Origin: Antedon mediterranea
Lineage: Eukaryota > Animalia > Echinodermata
NCBI RefSeq assembly: GCF_964355755.1
Contig: NC_092675.1
Coordinates: 10,473,812-10,537,811 of the forward strand
Direction: 5' to 3'
Length of the DNA: 64,000 nt
Part shown: positions 23,151 through 34,452 of the stretch, one piece after another
How the letters are laid out: every line of letters starts with the position of its first letter
Position numbering within the stretch: position 1 is the stretch's first letter
Notes under the pieces: model-generated
Databases searched by the model: none
What the model saw: only the letters and a program-made list of their open reading frames with translations
Told to the model about the DNA's origin: nothing
Position numbers and translations under genes: made by a program

Positions 23151-26100
23151 CACATCACGCTTTAGAGGAAAGAACAACGAAACTCGATTTTTTTTTTCCT
23201 ACATGAGATTACGTGGTTGCAATATTTTGTCAAGCGTCATATTGCAGAAAACACCTGGTAATTTATGTGTTACTTTATTCAACAGCGAAACGTTTTTTCT
23301 ACCAAATTTTCTGAAAACTGGTCCATGATCTGACGTGTCAGTCAATGATTCGTACTTTACATACGCATGGATCATCTCATGTACATGTATTGCGTGCGTA
23401 TAACAATCTAAAAAATAGAATAAAGATTTTAAAATGTTAAAGATACACGTTATACATAATTGTCAGACCACCACTTTTATCTTACAAAAGTGAATTTAAA
23501 ATGATAGATGGGATATGTGGAGTTCGATTTTGCTTGTTTTTTATTTGTTGGTCATTCATCGAATACAATATTATTACAAATACATATACAAATGACAGGG
23601 TGAAAGCAAGATGATAACCCTATAAGCTCTAGAGCTTGTTTCCTTAGGGGTCCTCGACATAAAAAAAGGAAGGCATGGAAAATCTTAATTAACAAGCAAA
23701 TCTCAATTAAATCACAAGTTGCATTTCAGAAGATGTTTTTTAAGAGTATATTTGAATGTATTATTGTTTCCAATTTCCTTTAAACTATTATGTGATTCAT
23801 TCCATATTTTTATTCCATTACAGTAAAATGTTTTATTGATTTGATGAGAATTTTATTGAAGAATATAATAATTCAGAATACCTCATGTGTTGTAATTATA
23901 ATTGAATAAAGTAAAATTACCATTGAGGCATTTTATTGCAGATTGATTTATTAATCATTACAAATATGAATTAGAGAGTTATGTACATCTAAGCTTTCTT
24001 TTAATTTATTTAAAATATTTAATTACTAAAGATTTTACAATAAGGATATGTTGATTACTATACGTACTTGACTTATTGAGCAATGTAAACTGCTGATGGG
24101 ACTAAAATCAAGGCCTACTATAGGCCTAGTTTCCGGCGGGCGTATTTTTACAATCTAAAAGATAGAATAAAGATTTTAAAATGATAGATGGGATATGAGG
24201 AGTGTGATCATTACCAATATTATGAATTAGAAAGTTATGTACATCTAAGCTTTCTTTTAATTTATTTAAAATATATCATTACTACATATTTTACAATATG
24301 AAGGATATGTTGATTAGACTATACGTACTTGACTTCTTGAGCAATGTAAACTGCTGATGGGACTAAAATCAAGGCCTACTATAGGCCTAGTTTCCTAGTT
24401 TAAGAAAAGAAAATAAAACTGATTAAACGCGTCTATTGATTGTTATTTTTAATAACAATGATGTTTATAGTAGTTTTTGTATATAGGCCTAATCCATAAA
24501 CTACCTAGGCCTAGTACTACCCTACTCTACTAGGCCTAATTATAATAACTAGTAATCCTAGTAGTAGGCCTAGTAGTAGTAGTAGTAGTAGTAGGCCTAG
24601 TTGTAGTAGTAGGCTAGTAACAAGGCCTAGTAAGTCTATAATTAATTAAACCTAGGCTAGGCCCATTATTAGGCCCAGGCTAGTAGAACTAGCCTAGGCA
24701 TAGGCCTACTAGTACTAGCTAGGACGGCTAGTCAGCTCTAAACTAGTACTAAGGGGCCTAGTAGTAACTAATAGGTACTACTAGTACAATGGGAACGGGA
24801 GGCAGTGGTTTGGCATAAACATTAAAGCTAGATAGAGTGTTGGCACCCTGTCACTGTGAGCATGCAGTAGCCTACTACTACTACTAGCCTACCTACCTAG
24901 TAGGCCTAGCCTAGTACTAGCCTACTACTACTAGCGTAGGTAGGCCGCCTGTAGTAGGAGGAGGAGTCTGTCCTCCTCCCACTCTTGCTGGCCTAACTAA
25001 ATTAAACTAATATTTAACTAGGCTAGCCCTATTAAAGGGCAGGCCTTCTTATTAAGTAGGCATTATAATTATGAATACCTAGCCTAGGCCTAGTAAAGTT
25101 GTTAGTTTTATATTTATAATTATTTGGATATAGGAGGCCTACCTGTTAGATCGATCTTGACTGGTTTTAATTTTCCCGCTAAATAAAGTTATGTGAAAAC
25201 AGCTGTAGAGGGCTCACTTTAGAAAAGCATGGAAAATTTATGTCTAGCGCCCTCGGGACCACAGGCTGGCCAAAAAAAGAATCAGATTGGCTGTGTGTTT
25301 CATGCTAGCGCCCTCGGGACCACAGGCTGGCCAAATGTCTAGCGCCCTCGGACCACAGGCTGGCCAAATGTCTAGCGCCCTCGGACCACAGGCTGGCCAA
25401 AAAAAGAATCAGATTGGCTGTGTGTTTCATGCTAGCGCCCTCGGGACCACAGGCTGGCCAAATGTCTAGCGCCCTCGGACCACAGGCTGGCCAAAAAAGA
25501 ACCACAGACTGGCCGTGTGTTTCACGACCCCTTTAGGAAATTACTGTGTATTCGAGAACCATCTGTGGGGGCACGACCTAGACGCGAGCGAAGCGAGCGT
25601 ACCATCTAGTTGTTATAATGGGACGTAGTTATAGGATGTTTTGTTCCAAAATCAATCATTCGAACGTTATAATGTACTAGCGCACGCGCGCGCAATATTC
25701 TTTGCCGCAAGTACTTCGGTACACTGTGCACGTCGATATTTCACCGTTAAAATGTGCAATTACATTTTTTTAAATATAAGAAAAAGTTGAAAGTATTTTG
25801 TTGCTCCTATACTTTACATGCATTAATGGAGACAAGTTTGACACAATTTGATCTGCATATCACGTGACTAAAATCCAATGTTGTAACTCTTTATATATAT
25901 GGCTCTGTTCATTAATATAATAACACTTCCCTCTATAGTTTGTACATTTTATGATTTTAATTTTTGAAGAAATGAAACATTCATTCGAAATTAGTTTCGT
26001 TGCGAGCTCATGTCGTTTTAATGTGTCAAAATCTATTATTTTTTTTATTTACTTCGTAAGTGGTTGAATCGTATAGAAATGTTACATAAACTTATGTTTT

Positions 26101-26499
26101 GATGCTAAAAATAATAAAATAAGAAAAAGGGTAAAACAAAATGATAAATTAAAACTGCCAGAAAATTTTGCAGAGCTCTCTGACGATACTAGCTCTTCTT
26201 CAGTGCAAGTGAGAGAGTACTAGAAAATGTTAGGAATATGCAGGCAAAGCGCTACATGAATTATGGACTGGAATAAAATAAATAAAGCAAAGGAGACACA
26301 GCCGGAATGGTAGAGAAACTGAATAAGAGTAGAAAACAATGAAGATAGCAGCTTGGTAGATATAAACAATTTAGGAATGAAAAACAAAATAACAACTCAA
26401 TTGGTGGTAAATGTTGAAACTTAAATTTGGGAATAATGAATGGAAAGTTACCGATCTGGGAGTATGTTCTTAATGTTTAGTCCAAAATGTTGTGGTTTA

Positions 26500-27280
26500 A
26501 GTAGTAATTACTAGGCCTAGTGGTTTTCTTTTTTTGTTAAAATGCTTTTGCCTTTCAATATCCCTTAGACGTTTCTATAATCAAATATATATGATCTTCT
26601 ACATATCCAAAACATATTTGAAAAGGTAAGTTCTTAACTTGCATCACCCAACATTCTTCATTTCTCTCAACCTTTTTAATTGGAAACTTTGAAATAGCAT
26701 TTTGATATGAATCTTACTTTACTAGTGTTTAAGATAAAAGTTTTATGCGAGTTAAATTTATCAGAAAACGCCCCATTTCTGAAAGAACTGAAAGATCTGT
26801 GTCATTATTTCCGATTCCAGGGGTATATCTACAAACAATTGTGTGTACCTTTTCAACACTCTTTAAACTATGAAATCCACATATTTGAGTATTGGTATTA
26901 CTTTCAAATCAAATATATGGTTCCATTCATTAGCAGGTAAGTATTTATTATTCGTTTGATGGTACTTATAATATTTATATGCATTTTTTGCTAGACAATA
27001 GTTAGTATCTATTGTATTCCTTCCATTTGCGCTAAATACCATTCTAAGATACTTAAACGAATCAACAGTTTCAAATGGAGTTTCCTTAAAAAAAACATTA
27101 ATGTTTCAATAGTTCTTTATAGTCTATATAGTCTATATATATAGTCATTTTATTTTTAAATATAATAACTTTTGTTTTTATCTACATTTACAGTTAATCC
27201 TGAGTCATCACAATATTTACCCAGGATGTTAACCAGTCTCTGTAAATCTTTAAAGTGTCTCCTATTAGTACAAGATCGTC
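26500..27280 (-). pseudogene. Degenerate LINE RT/C-terminal fragment
   Basis: DLQRLVNILGKYCDDSGLTVNVDK and ETVDSFKYL motifs on the minus strand, with frameshifts. Confidence 0.65.
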
Positions 27281-27560
27281 TGCATATAATAATTTCACAA
27301 TCTCTAATCTGTATTTTATCAGATTGTTTTGTGGAATTCAAATTAACACTTTTAAATGTTAACTTAGAGGTTTTGTAGAAAGATATTAAATAAAACAAAT
27401 GATAATGGTGACCCCTGGATACCAATTTCATTATTATGGTTTGATAATTGATTTTAAATTTCAAGACTTTAGCTTTGAATTAACGACGTTTAAAATTTCT
27501 GACTATTTTAAGTGTGTTGGGGGTCACTTGAAGTCAATTAAAATGGGAGTCTGCCGGGTA

Positions 27561-28493
27561 GCGATTTTTTTTTTCGTACATAAGTTGGGGACCCCCTCAT
27601 GAAACGTCACAACATAAACATGAATAATTCATCAGTTAAATTTTCTTGTTCCGTGTGCACCCAAGCGTATAGCAACAACAAGTGATTACACAAGTGCGGT
27701 ACGATTCTAGGCCTATCTCCGCTGTGGTTGCCGCGTGGGATTTCATAAAAGAATAGCGGCGTTTTGTTGTGTGGATTGTCGAAATAATCAGCCTTTAGTA
27801 TATGGTGTTTTTAATATAATTTTTTACTAAAGAATTACGTGTTAAAATTATAGTTTCTATTAATACTATTAGGCCTAATTATTAGTCTCTAAACCCATGT
27901 CTATTCTAGTAGTAGCTGTGTGGGTGTGTGTGACGTGTGTATAGGTATGACGACACAGTCCGAGTAATAAGTCAGCAAAATTAAACAATAAACATTACAC
28001 CAAAATATATTTTTTATTCTCGTGGGTCTAATCTTCCCATCTCGTGTTCATATAGGGCCTACGCGCATTTTTAAAGTTCCTTTGAGTACATGCATATATT
28101 TTGATAATAAAATAGCAGAAATTAAAAAATTAAAAATTACAGTAGGCCTACACAAATTATACTCATTTTTATTCTTGTGGGTCTAAGCTTTCTTTGGGCT
28201 ATACCAATTACTACTTAGTTTAATGTCTTGCCTAGCTGTCGATTAGCCTCGGACACATTTTGCATAGTGGCGTGTGTGTGAAGAAGAGTGCGCGAAGGCA
28301 ATCACGTGAATTGACCTAGAATCCTAGGCCTACTGTGTAGAAAGAATCGTATCGCAGTTGTTCGTGTAATCACTTCTTGTTGCTGTACGCTTGGGTGCAC
28401 GCGGAACAACAAATTTAACTGATGAATTATTCATGTTTATTTTGTGACGTTTCATGAGGGGTCCCCAACTTATGTACGAAAAAAAAAAATCGC
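27561..28493. mobile_element. Mutator-like MITE, short form (933 bp)
   Basis: GCGATTTTTTTTTCGTACATAAGTTGGGGACCCC TIRs of ~160 bp; 9-bp TSD TGCCGGGTA. Confidence 0.9.
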
Positions 28494-28759
28494 TGCCGGG
28501 TACCCCCTGGTGCGTCTGGACCCAGGGGACCCCGAAAGGTACAAAAAAATCGGCCCAGGTTAGATGAGAGAGATACCAGTATCACAAACGACAGACTTTT
28601 TGTCTGCTGCAATAGGCCCGCCTGACCCCCCGAGGGAGGGCCTAAAATGGGGATAGCATAGATGAGTGAGGTACCACTCAAAATTAATGCCAAAAGAACA
28701 AGTTGTGTTCATACAACACTAAATGGGTAACAACAGACTAATTGTCTGCTGCACCGCAA

Positions 28760-29160
28760 GTGCCAGACACCCTAAAGTTAGACAAGAGACCCCCCTTCCC
28801 CCAACTAGCCCAGCTTAGATATTGTAGATACCACCAGCAACCAATGTTATATGATTTAGCACATTGTAAGCAATACCAAATGATCTATTACAGACTATCT
28901 GTACACTGCCTTGGCCCTGGCAGATCCCTCTAAAGTTCGACTAGAGACCCAATTTACCCCAAGTATAGCCTACCTTAGATACTGTAGATAACACCAGCAG
29001 CCAATGTTATATAATTTAGCACATTGTAAGCAATACCAAATGACCTATTACCGACTATCTATACACTGCCTTGGACCTGGCAGACCCCTCTAAAGTTCGA
29101 CAACAGACCCCATTTACCCCAAGTATAGCCTACCTTAGATATTGTAGATAACACCAGCAG
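28760..29160. repeat. 160-bp tandem repeat, about 2.4 units
   Basis: CCCCAAGTATAGCCTACCTTAGAT at 28957 and 29117, diverged copy at 28797. Confidence 0.85.
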
Positions 29161-29299
29161 CAAAAAAAAACCCCCAAAACAACATGTTCAATTGAACAAA
29201 GTTTAACTTTAATCAAACTAATACAAAACAATTGAAAATATATCAAATCTATGACGATAAAATGACCATTACCATTCTAAAGGGAAAAATAGTTTAAGA

Positions 29300-29500
29300 G
29301 TTTCACTTAAAACTTATATAAGCCAAATATATAACAAGTACGGATTCGGGTAAATTTAGCATTCCTACTAGATTTGTGAGGATCTGGAATTCCTTGCCTT
29401 TGGATGTCAAAGATACATTCGTCTGTAACTCTTGGACCTATTTTAAGAGAAAGCTTAGTAATCACCTTAATCAAATTCAGGATTGTAGTAACTTAATCTA
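29300..29500 (+). pseudogene. 3' end of an L2/Crack-like LINE ORF
   Basis: Translates ...GKFSIPTRFVRIWNSLPLDVK...FKRKLSNHL, a typical LINE C-terminal WNSLP motif. Confidence 0.55.
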
Positions 29501-29601
29501 AAGTGATTTGATTAATTAATAGTGGGTAATTTTAAATGCTGTATATTATAATCCTAATCCAGTATTCATATTTATATATGATAATATATAAATAAACCGC
29601 T

Positions 29602-30553
29602 ATGAAGAGATTCAGCATTGACTACTCAACGAAGAACGTCCCATTACCATCACAGAAGGACTATTTACAACGACTTATCGAAAAAACCGAGCAATTTTTA
29701 CGTAGAATGCGATGGAAGGCCCACTTCTTCCTCAATTCCAGCACCACCGCATCATCCAAGCAAACATTTGGCTTCAAGTCTACCAAAAACGCACCACCGA
29801 TCGAAGAACTATACAAATTCGAAGATGACATACTCCATCTGATACAATCGACAACATTCAAAAACGTAGACAACCCTCTACTCAACAAGTTAAAAACCGA
29901 CTCCAAGAAAATTGAAAACGAGCCCGAACTTTTAATTGCAGCCGACAAAACCACAAATTTCTACAAACTAGACCCACCGACGTATGACAACCTCCTAGAA
30001 GAAAACATCACCAAATCATACAAGAAAGCGAACCTGAACTCGTACAAACGATTCATAGAAAAAACAAAAGTATTGCAACAAAATTGAACATCGCCGACAG
30101 AGTGGATACAACTGCAAATAAAGATGCTTTCATAACCCTTAAAGACCACAAACCGAACTTCACTAACAAACCGACTTGCCGATTAATAAACCCGACCAAA
30201 TCCGAGATAGGCAAGAAAAGCAAAACTATACTCGATCGTATTAACAGCAAAATTACATCAAAACTTCGCACCAACCAATGGAAAAATACCTCATCGGTCA
30301 TCGAATGGTTTAAGAGCATCGACAAGAAACAACAACACAACTTTATATGCTTCGACGTCGTAGAATTTGACCCCTCTATCAGCAATGACCTGCTGAACAA
30401 AGCACTAGACTTCGCTAATAGATACGATGATATTACCAACGACGAAAGAGACATCATCGTACATACCAAAAAATCAATATTATCACACAAACAGCAACCA
30501 TGGCAAAAGAAAGGCCCCACAGCATTCGATGTGACTATGGGTAGTTATGATGA
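29602..30553 (+). pseudogene. Penelope-like retroelement RT, N-terminal half, frameshifted and truncated
   Basis: YSTKNVP, RRMRWKA, AADKT, CRLINP, FDVVEFDPSI, FDVTMGSYD motifs; frameshift near 30045; ends at an L1-like fragment. Confidence 0.75.
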
Positions 30554-31072
30554 TGAAGGCCTATCTATTCTGTTCTTCCATTTAACAATCCAAAAAGCAT
30601 TGTTTTTTTTTTATTTAGTGTCATTCCAGATACTTCACAAAAAAGTTCAATTACACTGACAGCTTTCTTAATACTTTTGTCATTACCAACATACAAAACA
30701 GTATCATCGGCTAATTGGCTTATTCTAGCTTCTATGTTATTTTCATTATTTGGAAGTTTAATACCCTTATAGTCATCTTTGTATTCTTATTCTAGATGCC
30801 ATTACCTCAACCACTAAAATAAATAACAGAGCAGGTAGAGGACAACCTTGTCTAATACCTCTTTCCATTTTAAAATTGTTTGAAACCCAACCATTGTTAA
30901 CTGTAACACATTCAGCATTATTATATAACACTTTTACCCAGTTACAAAAGAACATTCCAAAGTTAAACTTTTTTAGAACATCGAACATAAAATCTCTACT
31001 AATAGAATCAAAAGCCTTCTTAAAATCTAAGGTAATTATTGCCCCTTCGATATCATTACATTCTGTATAATA
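30554..31072 (-). pseudogene. L1/Tx1-like LINE RT, downstream part
   Basis: LDFKKAFDSI, RGIRQGCPL, QLADDT motifs on the minus strand. Confidence 0.8.
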
Positions 31073-34000
31073 TTATTATTCTTTTATTTTTTTATTATTA
31101 TTTTATTTCATATAAAACATCAAAAAAACATTAGACACCACCATGCCACAAGTTACCACTAGTGGCCAAAGGCCAGATTGTGGGTAACTTTTACATGCAT
31201 GTACCAGACCAATAAAAATATACAAAATAGAAACATACAAAATAATAAATTATACAAAAATGAGTGAAAATCAGGCGTTAAGCAGGCGGATAAAATAAGG
31301 GATTGGGCTGTTACTGAAACGGGCGGTTCTGGATGGTAATTGTGAAATGTTATTACTATTACGGAGCAACCTCCCATGACGTTCAAACCGTGTCACCGGT
31401 AAAAGATCGGCAGAATGAACAGTCTGAGATATTCCCTTGGCAAATTTGAGACTGTGAGCTATTCTCCTATCAGTAAGGGATGAGATGTTACAGACCTTTA
31501 GAGCTTTGTCATACGAACTAAAATCCCTTCCCAATATGGTACGGCATGCTCTGCGTTGGACAGATTCTATAGAGTTGCTAAGCGATTTGGTTAAGCCGGG
31601 GTGCCATACAACATCGGCATATTCAAGGAGGGGTCTAATATACCCACAGTAGACAGAGCATAGTTCATCAGGGTTGAAGCCAAATTTCTTTAGACTCCTT
31701 AAAATAAAAAGCTTCCTATTAGCCTTGAGGACAATATCCCCAATATGCTTATCCCATTTTAAGTTATTTTGTAACGTGACTCCAAGTATTTTAGCATGAG
31801 TGACAAATGCTAGTTCGTTACCCCCGATATAAATTTTATTTTCAGGAATATTCCTTTTACTAAAACATATTTGTAGTGCCTGGCATTTAGCAGGGTTCAG
31901 GTCCATAATATTCCTTTTACACCAATCATGAAACTCATTAAGATCATGCTGCAAGTGACCTGGTTGTGTTATCTTACGATTTTCATAAACAGATAGGTCA
32001 TCAACGTATTTTAGAGCATTCGTTTTAGCACCCTTAACAGCATCATTGATCATGATTTGAAATGCAATGGGACCAAGTTTAGTCCCCTGGGGGACACCAG
32101 CTTTTAACGTGATAGCACTTGATAGGGAGTTGTTATATTTTACACATTGTTCTCTGCAGCTGAGGAAGCTACAAATCCAAGGGACGATAGACCTACGGAC
32201 TCCAATGTCGATGATTTTATTGATTAAGGTGTTGTGTTCAATTCGATCAAAGGCCTTAGTGAAGTCCGTAAGGACAACCGTCCCTATGTTATGAGCCTCC
32301 TCAGCTGCAGCACACATATCATGAACTAGACGTACTAAGTAGTGGCTAGTTGATGCCCCTTTGACATTGCCATACTGTCTTACATCTAATTTATTCTGGA
32401 TATCAGATACCACCCATTCACAAACAAATTGCTCTGCCACTTTTGCAAAGGCAGATGTTAACGAGATAGGTCTTAACTTATCAATTTTTGGTGGATGTAC
32501 CTTGGGGATAGGAACAGTCACAGCAGATTTCCATTGGGTCGGGAGACTTCCTTCCCTAAATGAGCAATTTAAAATATTAGTGAGGGGTTCACTTAACTCA
32601 AGGGCAAACTCTTTAAGAATTAAAGGTGGTATTTTATCAGGTCCTACTGATTTATGCGGGTTGGTTTTTCTTAACTTATTATAAACCTCCCATTCTTTAA
32701 CTTGCGGTGCAGGGCTGTTACATGGCAAATATGCCGGTAAAATACAATAGTCTAGTGGGGGTATGTCATTATTAATGCTAGCAAACTGGGAATTAATTGC
32801 ATTAGCGATACCTATGTGATCAGAGGCGGATATGTCTGTAACATTAATATTTAGATCTCGACCCATTTTAGATGATGTTAAATCTTTAATTTGCGAGTGC
32901 CATTTTCGTGGGTCATTGTGCCGTAGGTGTCTTATTCTAGTTGAAAAATACTTAGTTTTGGCCAATTCAATTTCTCGTTTTACTTTATTTCGTAACTTCT
33001 TAAAAAGTGTTGTGTCCCCCCTAGCAAAAACAGTCTGCCTCTTAGCTATTAGGTCTCTAATGCAATTAGTTATCCAGGGTCTATCAGCACAGTGTATTTT
33101 TACTTTTTTTGTCGGAAAATACTTATCTATTGCACTGTTCAAAATGTTATAAAGAGCGTCCATTTTGTCTTGAGTAGAAGCGCTATTGATCACCTCAAGC
33201 CAATCCTGTGTTAATAACCATCTTCCAAACTCACATTTTCTTGATTCATAAAATGGACGAACCACTATGTTCTTTGTAGAGTTGAGTCGCGGTCTGATCT
33301 TTGGTTTCCATAGTACACACACATGATCGCTCATACCAATAGGCGCTAATGCAGATGGTGCTGTATAAAACGTGTCATCCATATTTGTAATGATTAGATC
33401 AAGAACAGCATTATTACGCGTGTTAAATTTAACAATTTGACGAAAATCGTTGCCTTTAAGAATGTCACCAATTACCATACGGTTGAAATCACCAGCTATG
33501 CAAAATCCGGTATCTGGGGACCGTGTGCGAATTTCATCAATTGTGTTGATTAGATGTTCTTTCAATAACTGTTGATGTGGTGAATCTGTGACTATATATA
33601 TACCACACACTACAATTTGCGATAGTCCTCTAGGTAGTCTGGTGCCTCTTAGTTTGATCCAAAGAATCTCCAACTCAGGGGGGGCTGCAACCTTAAGTTC
33701 TTGAGCATTGAGGCCATCTTTGCTGTAGATTGCTACTCCACCCCCACGTCGGTCTTCACGACATTTGGAGAATAGGGCATAACCAGGTATGTCCAGTTGG
33801 TCTTGATGGTGGGTGGTAGAAAACCAGCTCTCAGTAATTATACCAACATTAACTGATTCCTTATTCATCAACAGATGAAATTCATCACGCTTATTGATCA
33901 GCGATTGGGCGTTCGTTACTAAAAAATTAGGCAAAAGTTGTTGCTTAATATTCTTCCTCTCTATCGTTAGCCTATTGTTATCCTGCTTTGTTGAAGTAGC

Positions 34001-34452
34001 GATATGAATGACAGTTCTCACAGGGGTTCTATAAATGATGTGAGGCCGTTTAGATTCAATCGGGAAAACATTGAATATGACTGGAATCATGCGCCGTACT
34101 TTCCGCCCTGCTCTCCTTCCTCTAGGCCTAGGCCTAGCTCTGATCACGCTTCCGGATGTTGTTAACTCATCATAGCGAGTGCCGGTGGAATTCTGCTTGC
34201 ACATTGTAGCGGCCAACGGAAGCGGGGTAGCCTAGCCTATGTTGCAGATTGGTCGGAGAGTATATAACACGTAAAAAACAGTTCACAAGACTATAAAAAC
34301 GAGACAGCACAATCGGGAACAGTTACTAACATCAAAAATCATCAAATTACATCAAAAAAGGGGCTACGAACAAAAAACACACACAAAAAAAGAAGAAAGC
34401 GAAGAGCGAACAAGAAAAACGTGATGGCTGCAGCTTGATCAGCGCCCTCTGA
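31073..34452 (-). mobile_element. Full-length single-ORF LINE (CR1/L2/Rex1 group)
   Basis: 5' UTR, intact ORF, (AAT)n/A-rich tail; candidate TSD ATAATA (31067-31072, 34453-34458); splits the L1-like ORF between LLYY and TECN. Confidence 0.85.
31271..34204 (-). CDS. APE endonuclease - reverse transcriptase (first ATG at 34204)
   Basis: RGRRAG, NAQSL, ITESW, GDFN, SDH, LRPISL, DFTKAFD, GVPQGT, YVDD; no internal stops. Confidence 0.93.
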   Translation of the reverse strand: MCKQNSTGTRYDELTTSGSVIRARPRPRGRRAGRKVRRMIPVIFNVFPIESKRPHIIYRTPVRTVIHIATSTKQDNNRLTIERKNIKQQLLPNFLVTNAQSLINKRDEFHLLMNKESVNVGIITESWFSTTHHQDQLDIPGYALFSKCREDRRGGGVAIYSKDGLNAQELKVAAPPELEILWIKLRGTRLPRGLSQIVVCGIYIVTDSPHQQLLKEHLINTIDEIRTRSPDTGFCIAGDFNRMVIGDILKGNDFRQIVKFNTRNNAVLDLIITNMDDTFYTAPSALAPIGMSDHVCVLWKPKIRPRLNSTKNIVVRPFYESRKCEFGRWLLTQDWLEVINSASTQDKMDALYNILNSAIDKYFPTKKVKIHCADRPWITNCIRDLIAKRQTVFARGDTTLFKKLRNKVKREIELAKTKYFSTRIRHLRHNDPRKWHSQIKDLTSSKMGRDLNINVTDISASDHIGIANAINSQFASINNDIPPLDYCILPAYLPCNSPAPQVKEWEVYNKLRKTNPHKSVGPDKIPPLILKEFALELSEPLTNILNCSFREGSLPTQWKSAVTVPIPKVHPPKIDKLRPISLTSAFAKVAEQFVCEWVVSDIQNKLDVRQYGNVKGASTSHYLVRLVHDMCAAAEEAHNIGTVVLTDFTKAFDRIEHNTLINKIIDIGVRRSIVPWICSFLSCREQCVKYNNSLSSAITLKAGVPQGTKLGPIAFQIMINDAVKGAKTNALKYVDDLSVYENRKITQPGHLQHDLNEFHDWCKRNIMDLNPAKCQALQICFSKRNIPENKIYIGGNELAFVTHAKILGVTLQNNLKWDKHIGDIVLKANRKLFILRSLKKFGFNPDELCSVYCGYIRPLLEYADVVWHPGLTKSLSNSIESVQRRACRTILGRDFSSYDKALKVCNISSLTDRRIAHSLKFAKGISQTVHSADLLPVTRFERHGRLLRNSNNISQLPSRTARFSNSPIPYFIRLLNA

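Larger units (their letters stand above)
20871..25536. mobile_element. Non-autonomous hAT-like DNA transposon
   Basis: TIR AGGGGTCGTCAAACACACGGCCAGTCTGTGGTTC and its inverse at 25499-25532; 8-bp duplication GAAATTAC (20863-20870, 25537-25544); 31-32 bp subterminal repeats at 25240-25500. Confidence 0.75.
12117..25609 (+). mobile_element. Non-autonomous Helitron-like element H3, interrupted by Gypsy and hAT-like insertions
   Basis: A|TCTATATATAAATTTAC 5' end; 3' hairpin ACGCGAGCGAAGCGAGCGT and CTAG|T at 25606-25610; segments 12117-12362, 19154-20870 and 25545-25580 are colinear with H1/H0 in reverse complement. Confidence 0.7.

Noticed and set aside
22408-25500. CRISPR-like arrays (103-bp and 31-bp repeats)
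   Set aside because: No unique spacers, no cas genes, eukaryotic TE context.
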